From Lingula anatina (lineage: Eukaryota; Animalia; Brachiopoda), in contig CM120641.1 of NCBI GenBank assembly GCA_051362555.1, positions 17,422,001 through 17,486,000 on the forward strand: a stretch of 64,000 bases of DNA. The letters are read 5' to 3'. The position numbers and the translations under genes are program-made. A model generated the notes under the pieces. It did not search any database and had not been told where the DNA came from. It saw only the letters and a list, made by a program, of their open reading frames with translations. This document shows positions 1 through 12,600 of the stretch, in pieces. Position 1 is the first letter of the stretch. The number at the start of each line of letters is the position of its first letter.

Positions 1-292
1 GAAAGTTTTATTTTATTTGGCACCTATTAGTAGAATATATAATATAACAGTCCTTTTTTGGAAAGGTAAATATTTCATACATACATGTGTACAGATTGTA
101 AATTAAGTACATGTATTAGTATATAGTTTACAATGTCATACACTTATATACCTAATATAAGGCACATACATACTTGTATAAATAAAAAGTAAACATTCAT
201 TAAAAAATACTGAACAGTTTTTTTATGATAGACTATTAATGTATTCTTAAGTTGTTTCAATTAGTGTTTTTACTATCTTAATTTCATTATCA

Positions 293-331
293 TTATTATA
301 ATTATTATTATTATTATTATTATTATTACTT
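293..331. repeat. (ATT)n microsatellite
   Basis: Direct observation. Similar tracts at 6630-6669 and 19067-19111. Confidence 0.85.
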
Positions 332-584
332 ATTTCTTTCATTCTTTTTTCAGATCCATTAAGTTAACCGATCACTGTGGCAGCCAAGAATGGCAGAGAC
401 ATCATTAAATAAATTAAATACGGATGTTCTTGGATATATTTGTTGATATTAGACCTATCCGTCTAAAGTGCATATGTCATAATTTGTAATAGTCCTGGTG
501 ACATAACATATAACGGTAATTATCAATATCAATATCAATATAATAACAACCAACCGCAACAACACAGATCACCCTCAAACTTAC

Positions 585-768
585 CTCTTGGACAAGTGAA
601 CTTACAGTTTTCTCCCTTTCCCTCGAGGAAGTCCTGAATTCCGTCTAACGCATCTAACACATGGTCTGCATTTAACTGAAATGCGCCTTGACTCTGAGAG
701 ATTGCCAGTTTTATATAAATCTGTAAAATCACAAGAAAAGACGCGTGCTTCCGCATTGCGTCCACCAT
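585..768 (-). CDS. PLA2G12: Group XII secretory phospholipase A2-like protein, first coding exon (gene continues beyond the left edge)
   Basis: ATG at 768 gives MVDAMRKHASFLVILQIYIKLAISQSQG (signal-peptide-like) then DALDGIQDFLEGKGENCKFTCPRG, ending at a phase-1 donor G|gtaagt. This resembles the PLA2G12 exon-1 end (..LDLLGGEDGLCQYKCSDG). Only one exon is visible. Confidence 0.7.
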
Positions 769-3310
769 TTTGAAACGTCTCCGCAGTAACACTACGTTGC
801 TGTACGGGATTGGTTACTACACGTTTATAGGTCAAGGTTAGAAAAGATACCAAGACAGGTGCTTGTAATAAAGAATCCTCGATTGTGGCAACAATGATGT
901 CAGAATTCCCTCCTCCAACTTCACGTTCTTACTTTTGTCGATTTGTTGCCTAGCTGTATTATTTAACAATTCACGGGCAGATAATAATAAAATTACTAGG
1001 CCAGGTCAGAGGTGGGATAATTTGGAAGCTATTTGATTTAAATGGTGATCTATAAAAGAGAATTTGAGCTGCTCTCTCAAAGCGTTTTTATGGGTTGTTT
1101 ATAATATTTCTGAATGAAAAAAAAGCCACTTTTTCTTTATTTCTTTCTCTCTCTCTTTCTTATTATTATTTTTTTAAACTTTATTTATTTATTTTATTTA
1201 TTTTTATTTTTTGTTCAGGAAAAAAGGCTCGATGTTAAACTTTTAATATTAAGATGTCTAAAACTGTAAAATTCCTCACACAACTCTTTCTTAGACACTC
1301 ATTTGCTAGCAAGGCCAACATTTACATTGCTTAATAATGTGACCTATGCCAGTCAAATGTTGACTAAAAAACAAAATTTACGATCAAATTGTTGTCAACT
1401 ACTGTATTTATTCCCTTGTCCTTTTCAAAGAATAAATATAATGATATAATATAGCTTGCATCTGACATAAAATATCATAACACATCTGTCTCTCAAACTG
1501 TAGTTAAGTGCTATAAACTATGTAATGATAATAATTATGATACAAAATATTGAATCACTTCTATCTGAGGCAGGTCCTGCAAGTACAACAGTTTAATCTT
1601 TCCCTTTCACATAATTTAATCTCAAATTCCACAGAACAATTCACACATTTATGCATTGGACCACAGCATACAAAATATCTCCATGGTTAGCTGACAGGTG
1701 TCTGGATAGTCATAAATGCAAATTGTGACATTAACTAAAAAGCTTTCCACAAAATTGCAATTAAGTAAATAGTACTATATGGTAGAAGTGATGGTGGTGA
1801 AAATCTATCTGCAGATATATCTGGCAGATTCATTAATGAAAATAAATACTGACACTGAAGGTGTTTTAGCTGCAAGAGAGCTAACAATTTGCTGTCAGTG
1901 ACAGAAACAATTGTTCATATAACTTTTGACCCTTCATCATAGGCTTGGACACTTTGGCAGTCTTTGTATTACCAAGCTGGTTTTGTATATTGCCCAATTT
2001 CCCAGCAAATATGAAGTCCTGTCATGTGACAATTCTTCTACACATCTTTTAGATAGAATCAAAGGCTATCATTGTTACCAAATTCTTTCACTCAAATCCA
2101 TATTTTACACATGGTGACAGCTTCAAAGCATATCCCAAATCTTAATAATAATAATTAATAACCTTAATTTCAAACCACTCAACTCTTGTCATTGTTCTTG
2201 CACTAAGGGCTTTTGGCATTTTGTCACACTACAAAACTACCATATTAGTGTCCAGCTAGCCAGTTTGGGCTAAGTGCATTACATCATCTACCTCCAAAGC
2301 CAGCAAGAACCTGGTCAATTGCTTGGGTCAAAATGAAATAAAATGAATCAGTTTCAATAATTGAAAGTTTTTGATATTAACTTTCAATTATGACAGTACT
2401 TTATGCCTCTTATATAGTTTTAACGTAAATGATCAAATGTAACTGAGCAGTGTCCTGAATGCAGGTTGTGATGGTCACTATGCACTTGCTGGACACAGAG
2501 CAGCTTTTTATTGCTATCTATAGTAAATTTTACACCTGACCAATTCCCTGACTTGATTTACACTGAATCTAACATACAAGCTACACTATTTTTTTCATAA
2601 TTTTTTTTAATAACAGCATTTGGTCTTTTCAAAATCACAACATTATTTACCAGCTTGTTGAAGCACAAGCTTTCTTCCTCCACACTGGCATTCATATAGC
2701 TATTGATATACTAAAATCACATCTTTTCACACAAGACACTTCACAAAAGTAAAAATAATCCCCTCACTGCGGCAGCTCTTCATCTTGTTTACTTGACGTG
2801 ACCTCATAAAAAGTAACCTTATATTGGAAGTTACCCCAGAAAATTGCTTCCTTGCAGGTAGTGGCCTAAAAGGAAGTGACCTCATAAACCCCATTTATGG
2901 GGCAACACCAGGAAAAACTTTGTGATAACTCAGTTTCTGAAGTCCTATCACAGACACTGGGCTTTGGCTGAATGACAAACCAGTGTGATGCAGTACAGAA
3001 ACCTGTGGATAATCCCACATTTACACTTGTTCTTAATTATTACAGATATCTACTCAAGTCAAACATCATGCAAGTTTTTTCCTTATCAAGTGGTCTGTTT
3101 TTATAAGTTCCCAAATGGCAATTCGAATACTTATCCTCTGTCCAACGTTTCACCATGTGTGTGAGATCAGAATTGTCCTCTGAAGAAATCTCTTTTAAAC
3201 TGCACCACCTTTATTTCTGAGAGAGAAGAGTTTGTACAAGTACTAATCCTTCTTTCCTATGGAGAAACTGGGCTATTTGAAAATGTTGTAAGGGTGGGTC
3301 AGAATTCCCG

Positions 3311-6300
3311 TTATTTGTAAGGTTGTTGAGGAGGAGGCATGTTAATGATTTCACTAACAAAAGGCCCAGCATCATACTCTTTAGCTGTATGCTCCACAAT
3401 GAATGGATGCTCCAGTAATTTCTGGTAATTTGGTCTCTCTGCAGGGTCTTTACGAAGACTGAAAATAAAGAAAAATATTGAAATAAAAGTTTTTAATCCT
3501 ACAGCCATTTCCGAAACTTTTGACACTCGAAAATCTCCATTTTTAGTTATATCTTCGAACACAAATTAAAATTTAGTATATATCACAATTAGTCACCAAT
3601 GAACTATTTTAACTTACCACTGAACTATAAAATCATCAAATCCTGGAGAAAAGGCACCTTCTGGTAGTTTTGGAGGGTCATCCTTAACAACCTGCTTGAG
3701 TTGCTCAAATGGGGTTGCCCACTGAGCATATGGAAACTTGCCTGTAGCAATTTCAATCTGAAATTATAAAGTATATTTTTGCTTAGAGTGAATTTTTCAA
3801 GGCTCACTAAAAGTTATATATGAAGTCAAATCTTTGCCACTAAACCCCACCAAATTCCACTGTCAGTATAGTTTCAAATAGCAAATAACTTAAAGAAGTA
3901 CCAAAGGGTATTGTCTTATACTTACCAAAAAAACGTAATTCGATCAGATATTTTATGCATTCTTTCTGAGCATAACTCCCAAATGTTTTGAATATTTGAA
4001 TATTTATGCTATTGCACACACAGCAGTTATGCGTCATACATTAAAACATCATTTGGTGGACTTTCACGAACCAGAGGAACGTATGAATGGGTCAAGTTTA
4101 CAATCCAAATTTTGAAGAAGGTGCCATTTTAAAGCTATTTTTGCTGACCATATGATTAATTTGGTTTATCCTTTGGTATGATGACTTTATATGAGTCACA
4201 TGAAGTGGTTTATACACATTACAGGGAATCTATGCTCGCTTCATATATAACTTAAGTCTCAGTGAAATATTAGGAAAAAACTGAAGCTTTAAAAAATTTA
4301 TCTGCTTTAGGTTTTTTGACCATATGTCTTGTCCGAATTAAAACTGCCTTCTTGACAGTCATCTAAAAGCATGTACAAACTTTTAACTGAAAAATACACC
4401 ATACAGGTTTTTCTGACTGATCTAGCTGGCAATTTGAATAATCTCTAACAAAACACTCATGAAAGCAGTCATACTTACCATTGTAATCCCTAAACTCCAC
4501 ACATCTGATTTAATATCATAACCTTTCTGGCCCTTTCCAGGGTTGATACGCTCAGGCTAAAATATATAAAATATAGAAATGCATTCATATTTGAAATGCT
4601 GCCCTTTTTCAAGGTTATGGTTATTTTGATTTTGTCTTCAATGACCAAAAACTGTACATTTAATGCATGAAGCTTTTTAAAATTAAAGTTTGAAATTCAA
4701 CTTTTACATACACACTCAACATTAAAAGTATAATAATGAAAACAGCAACTGCATACTCTACTATGTCCAACTTTAAGCTTGCATAATTTCACAATTTTTA
4801 TCTTTTAGGCAATTTTCCCACATGAAGGAAACATTGTCAAAAAATACCCTTAGCATTTAGGAAACAGTAAAATTAGTCTAGAAATTTTAAGTATCAAAAT
4901 GTAATACATGTTAAGTTTGTGCCTTAAAATTTTCAGTCCACTGGTCACTCAGACTAGTAAGTCTTAGGTGTCTGTCTCACAGAGTCCTGAAATTTCGGCT
5001 TAGCTTAGACTGCTTAAGTTGTATTTGCTGAATACACAGTCCATTCTGTGATACTGACATGAGAACATTTCATCAATAACTGACTCAGAATAAATGTATG
5101 TATGTAGCTGACACAGCTAAATAAACTACTGTCACTAGTGACATGAAAAACCCTTTGTCATGAAAATGTAATTTGCTCTAAGGACTCAGTAAAAAAACCA
5201 CAAATGGGAGAAGTGGTCCTTCAGAATTTTTTGAGAAATGCAAGTTGATCATCTTCGATCCAATTCATTGCACTCTTAAGACCAAATTTTCCTTTAAGTT
5301 GTATTGTAAAACAGGTCTATTTCAACCCCAGCATCAAATTTACTGGTCAACTGCCTTAAACCAGTGACAAATGCCACAGGTTGCTGGTCAAAATAAACCC
5401 CCCAGTAAACAAGGAATTCCTTAATGATCACACCCCACGTTTAAAGTCAGGACAGAAAATAAAACAACAACTTACAGCCATATATGGTTTACAGCCCGCG
5501 TCTAATGTCTTGGCTACAGAGTCTACAAGATGGCCACTGATGCCAAAATCACAAATCTTCACCACACCAGAGGCATTGATGAGAATGTTTGAGGGTTTTA
5601 CATCTCTGTGGATTACTTTTAGCTCCACTTGTAAGTAGCTCAAAGCATTCACTACCTGATGGAGGGAAAAACATGACAACTTTAAAACATGTAATAATGA
5701 AAAATGTCATCTGTGTAGTCAAGATGTAAAATATTGTCTTATTTTATGCAATGAAATGATAAGATCACAAACTTTCAAAAAATCTCACATAACTTGCATC
5801 TTAATCAGTATAATAATGAGCTATAAATAAACTTTTTATGAATCCAATAAAAACAATTGTGTTTGAAAAAATCATTGTCAAAATTTAACATTTTTTAATA
5901 CTGAGCTTGCAATTTTACACAAGAAAACCCTCTTTCAGAAAAAAAATTCTAGGTTTCTTGGCATTAAATGTAAAGCACCTTCACTGCATTACCACACAGT
6001 ACTTACAGATATTGCAATTTTCCCTAGGACTTCCTCGGGTATAGTTCTCCCAAGATTAAAAACTTTCTTGTAGAATTTGTCTAGAGATAGGTCCATCACC
6101 TCCATACATATCCATACATCACCCTAGAAAATGAGAAATAATAGAATTTCAACCAACATTCTGAACAATCATATATGCTGATATTGTCAATGTCTGCATA
6201 CTTTTTGTAAAAAAAAAAAAATAAAAATAAATAAATCAATTGGAAACAACACACTGAAAAGATCATCTCACTCCCAGAACAGAGCACTGAGCATTGGGTT

Positions 6301-6628
6301 CAACCACCTTGCAATCAAGTATTATTGAGGCCTTGGATAAGACACTGTACATCAAATGGGACATAACCTGCCATAGACTAGAATTCTATCCTGAGGGAGT
6401 GAAATTATCACTGACTTCATACTACACAGTAGGGAAAGGCATAAGGTTTTCATATTGTAAGAAACAGACATTTCAATAACCTCACCTCTCGGAATAATGC
6501 CCCATAAAAATGCACTGTATATGGACAGGACCCACTTCTCATAGCTACATCTAAATCCATCAACAGTCGCTTCTGTTCCTGACTGTTTAATGTGCATGGT
6601 ATCCTCTGGAAGGTAAATTCATATACTA

Positions 6629-6669
<41 letters not shown>

Positions 6670-9627
6670 GACAGTTACATCCTGTAGTTTTGTCATCAGC
6701 TGCAACTGTGTAACGAGATCTACATGAAGCAACAGCAAAATGTGCATTCTAAAATTAGAAGAAATCAGTCAGAGTAATTGCATGAACAGAAAAAATCTAA
6801 TCAAAAACTTTAACAAACAAACAAAAGAACAACCAAATAAACGAGAGAGAGAAAGTGGGCGGGGGAAGAAAAGGAAATCATTAATGACATAAAAGAACCA
6901 GGTTATGAGATGTGGATCCCAGTTCAGGTCTGGGAATACCAGTAGCAGTAGCAAACATAAGCAGGAAAAGGTCATAGCTTATTATACCTGCAGTTGAGGA
7001 ATTTCTAGGATAACGACCTAATAGGCAAATTTGGTGCTTCAGCTGGGAATGTACACTCTTTTAGTCAGTGCTTACATACAAAGTTACAAGTTTGTACATA
7101 ATGCTTAGTCTAGTTATATACAGACATATCAAATAACTGGCACATTTAAAAATGAAAAAACTGCTAAAAGTTGAACAGAGAAATGTCAATGCATATATCC
7201 ATAAAAATGTTTTTGTGGATGAAATGTGAAGCTAAGTTTTTTGTCAAATGTATGCAAAATGATGTCAAGGTCATCTGAAAATCCTTACCATGATTATAAT
7301 TTTCTGTCCTAGAAAGATGTCTACTGGTGTTATTACTTGCACTACAAGTTAACTATATATCTATCAGTGTTTCCCCTGGCTTTCAAGCTCTGTGAGGTGG
7401 TAGGCAGTCCGCGACCCCAGCAATACTAGGGGGGTCCGGGGGCATGCCCCCCCGGAACATTTTTTAAATCGAGGTGCAATTTGGTGCATTTTAGGGTATT
7501 TAGAACTGATTTTTTTTACATTTTATGTGGCACTGAATTGTCTTGTTTTAGATGTTTTGAGGAGTTAATTCAGTAATGACATAACAAAGGTTCGGACAAA
7601 ATTTATTTTCCAGTCAGTGCATTCACTCAGTTTAGTCCTTTTCAGTTTATAGAACATACTCTTTCAAAAAAAAAGTTAATACTTTCAAAAAAAAAAAAAA
7701 GTTAACTACTTTAATACTTACAAGAAACGAGAAAAAGGGCTTACTACATTGAATTATTTTTAAATTGACCAAAAAGTTGATAAAATATGTTGTTTTTACC
7801 GTTTTCACATTCTTGTGAAAGTAACTGGTCAATTGACTTTGCGTGTGGGAGCGCTTCATCCTAATATAAAACTGCCGCAAAAGTTCTCTCTCTTGTCGTT
7901 CAGCGCAAAGCGACTCCCGCTACTAGTTATACGTAGTTTGAGATGTAATTTATAATCAACGACTTCAAACATCGTTAAATGAATTCTTCGGAATTAAAGA
8001 GATGAAAATCACACTTATCATCAATTTTAGTTCTTCCTTTATTCATTAATATGGTTCTATTCAGTCATGGAAATTCATATTCAATGCATAGGTTTCCACG
8101 CGAAATACTGACGTGACCCAGTTTTACAACGCTACTGCTTTCACAAAACTCACCCGTAAATCAATAGAAAATCTTCTCCAAGTTTATAAAATCAACGAAG
8201 TCCACTTTATTTGCTCCTTTTTTATCAGTGAATATTCGTAAACTATAAAAACAAACAACAGGCGGTCTGAATTTCGGAACATGAAGTGATAGAGAAAGTG
8301 TATTCTTGACACGTGATTACATGGTGTCAAGAACAGTTGCCTCGTTTCGCTCTGTTTCTTATACTTCAAATAAGGCACAGAACTGCGAAAACGAGGCACT
8401 CACAGGGAGATAGTAACTGCTGGTTATTTTTAGGCATACGCGCATGCGTCTTTCCGTTACTACTAAATCAAGTGCTCAGAAGCATGGGATTACGTATGTA
8501 AACAGAAAATGCCATATTTGCTTAGAAATAAATATAATTTTCAGTTAGCATGAGTGAAAATATACTTTGTTGTTCCATATAGTCCAGCGAGGCGGTGCTT
8601 TTGACAAATTTCAGCGAGGCGCTTGCAAATATCATCGAGGCGGGCGCCTCGCTCATTTAAGTGCAGGGGAAACACTGTCTATTCACAAATACCTTGACTG
8701 CCATAATTGTGTCACTGGGTCTGTGTCGCATTTTCTCCACCACGCCATAGGCACCTCGTCCTAGTTCAACTATCGCCTCTAAGTCATCAGCTTCACATAC
8801 AAAGGATTTGTCATCAATTGTTATAGTGGCCTTTGAATCCAAATCTCTGGGAGGGCTGGAATGATTCAGACTTCGTCAGATGGTGTGCACCAATAAAGAA
8901 TTTTTTTGTCTCAACATTATTAAGAAAGAGAAAGAAGGAAAATGAAATAAATTTTGAGGTAAAACATTGTTAAAAATGGCACTGACAAATGCAATAACTT
9001 AGAACAACAAATCCCATATGCCCCCATATGTTGGCACATACTAGTAAACATAGGCACACATATACACCAATGTAGTTGTACTCAGAAAGTATTGGCTTAA
9101 AATTATCTAGACAGAAATTTCGGACTCCACATCTTAAGTCAAAATGTACAATGAAGAAAGAAATCAAACAAATTTTATTTTTTTGGTGATAATTACAGAA
9201 ATATAAAAAAACTAGACCTGTAATACTTACAGTGGACTTGCAGGAGGCTTATTGTGGGCAGGATCAAATTGAAGCTTTGGTCGAGGTTTTTTGGTTCTTC
9301 CTGAAAGCAAAGACAAAATTGATATGTGCGGTGATAAAATATACCACATATGGGATATATCACAAGCATGCTTATATCTCTTCATGATATAAGAGCATTT
9401 CAAGAAATTTTAAGCAGTACAATTACAAACTGAAACATGAGCATAAAGACTATGATTTATGAAACAACTTATTCCTAGAAGGAAAGACTAGAACGCAAAA
9501 CCAAAGGAAGAACACAGAAAAGTACACATCACAGGCTCAGTTTCAGTAAAAGTGCACATCTTGTACATATTAAGCATGAAAAATGAATGCTCTTGCTTCA
9601 GATAAATGATGCACAAAAATAAATCCT

Positions 9628-9671
<44 letters not shown>

Positions 9672-12600
9672 AATTAAAATAAACAACTGCCAGGCTCCCA
9701 AGGCTCAATTCCCAAAGCTCATTTTATTCACAATGTAACACATCTTGTACAATGTATAATGATTACAAATCACACATACTGTACATGTTCATACCAATAT
9801 AACTGATACATACTCATGCAAATTTTAGTGACTGAAAATGAAATAGCTACTAACAGATATAAATTCATCAAAGTAGCGTTTCAAATGAACTGCCCATTTT
9901 GCTGTAAAAAGGTCCACTTCATGTAAAATTTTATCAATGCACATGCAGTTTTCATGGCAAAGGTTCCACTTTATCCGAAAAAGAACCCCCTCTTTGAAAT
10001 TGCGGCAAACTGCAACAACCAAATGCCAGTGTGGAGTAAAAAAAATCAACTTTAAAAGACTTGAGGAGAAAGAGACCTCAACCAAGGCCACTCAATTCTC
10101 ATTTTTTAAAAATTAATATTAATATGATAATCAAGACATTAACCATTTATTAATCAACTAATTCATTACCATTTTTGTTGTAATATAAGAAAAAATGACC
10201 AAACTGTCTCCATCTTCCAAACATGAACATTCTTTAAAAATTCTCTGGATCCAGATGATGAGCTGGATCACCATCAGAATGTAATCACTTTTAATTTAGC
10301 CATTTTCTGACCTATCCTAGAATTTTCATCAAGAAAGGCCCATAACTATTTGCATTAGATTGGTGACAAACAGCATGCAATTAGCCAAAGGAGGTGAAAA
10401 TGTAAGTCCCTTAATTATTCATACAACACTAACTTGCAGGTAAATTATGTAACCAGGAAGAATTTTACAGTTGATAATATTTCTTGGAAAGTAGATCAAA
10501 AATAACTAAAGGCCATACTGTGTGGACTGTATTTCTCCCATAAATTAAAAAAAAAAAAAGGCATTTTGTGGTATGTGTATCCTGAACAGAAAAATTTCGA
10601 AAGTACAAACAATATTATTCAAAAGATATGTTTACTAAAAAAAAAAAAAAAAAAAACATCAGGGGTAAGCTGGGGTAGCGCTAACACTCACCAATTTAGC
10701 CAAATGCTAAAACTGACTTAAATTGGCTAAAGAAAAAGGGCTTGATTTGACATGTTGTAGCCAAATTATAACCATTTTGGTAACAAATTGACAGAAATGT
10801 GGTGATTTGGCTAAGCGAAAAAAATTGCTAGCGCTACCCCAGGTAAGAAATATAGGAAAGATTTATCTGTATATTTGTGAATTAGTGATTTTATACTTAC
10901 CAGTAAGGGTAAAAAGGCATATCACCTATTAGGACTATTTAGGACTAATTAAGGAATTTTTTTTCATTAAAAAAACTAAATCTCTTTCAATGCTACATAA
11001 GAGAGGGTCTTCCCAAGCACTCTTTGGAACAGGGAACAGAAATGCACTATTGATAGGTTACTGCTTAATGGTACTAATCTGCACACTGAAGAATTATCTC
11101 ACTAAATAATTCAGAAATTTTATCTTTGGTGGAGTTGCTTGTCCCATATTACTTCATGTTTTGAAAACTTACAGAAGAATATGCTGCAAAAAGTGTCAGT
11201 TTTACTACAGACAATAAAAAAATTGACATCACCTTTCCAAGAAGACAAACCAAGGAACTGAATTTATAACTACAATAGCAACTACATCTGCACCTAGAGA
11301 TATCTACAATTGTTTAACTTAAAAGCCATTATCTTTGTTTATAACTGATAAAGTTAATTTAATCAGACCAAAATTTAAGGTGGTTAGGTTCAATATCTTG
11401 TAGTTAAAACTACAATGAGTTTCTCACTGCTCAATGTCATTATCAAGCCTTCCGGGTGTACTTTAAGGTGTACTTATATTCATAATTAAAAACATTTTAA
11501 AGACACTTTAGGGGCTGCTGGCAGGCAAAGTTTTATTTTCAAGAATGACATCTTGCCACCTTACTATTAACTGTACCTATGTTCATGAAAAATGCTGCAC
11601 AACACAAATCATATTTAATCCAAGATCAATTTCTTTCACAGCTTTCCAAATCAATATATCATTGTGTGTGTCTCTGTTCATTCATATGTAAAGGTCACCT
11701 GCTGTGTAAGGTAGGTAAAGAAACCACAGAGTCAGACAGAATGATACAGCTCGGCTGGAATGTCAATCCAGTTCACGGGCTTAAGAAAACAAAACAAACT
11801 AAAGACCTATATATGTATGTTACAGTATGTATGTTTTAGGAAAGTTAATATTAAGGCAGCATCTGAAAAATACACTGGGTCAAGTGTCTGGGCTCTCTCC
11901 ACCAAACTTTTGATTTGGGAGTTTAACAATAATTTATTTCTGATAAAACAATGGATATCTACTGAAAAAGAAAAAATGAATATTATGGGGTTTTCTTTTG
12001 TAATTAAAAATAAGCTTTGCTATGTATCTAAATATTATTTAAGTTTACTATAGCCATAGTGCTGGTGAACAATTCCCTCACTATTATGAGACCATGCAGA
12101 ATATGGGTAAAACATTTACAAGATATATTTATTGGTCTTCTTCTAATGAGTCATATGGGTTGATAAAATGCATTTACTCTTTTCTATGAAAACACCACAA
12201 TGAACTTAATTCACACTTCTACAAATTGTATGTACCATTTCTTTTGAGAAAGATAACCAATTTGACCCAAATATCCACCATACATGATCAGTGCTCCTAA
12301 AGTGCAAGTATGGGCCCTTGCCATGTGTATCTGTAACCCACCTTTCCCAGGCACCATGACCCAAATATTTCTCTCCACATCTAGGTCATCTGCCAGAGCT
12401 CCATGCTGGTGAATCCCTGCCACACATAAGCTCCTTTCTATTTTACTGGCAAAACTCTGCAAACAACTACACTTTTTAATGACTTCCCAGCTGTTTTTCA
12501 TAACTGATGATTAATTAAAAACCTTCCTTACATCAGGCCAATGGATAAAATGGCTGGCACTGACATGCCATGGTTTTCATAAATCCATTGCAACTTTCTC

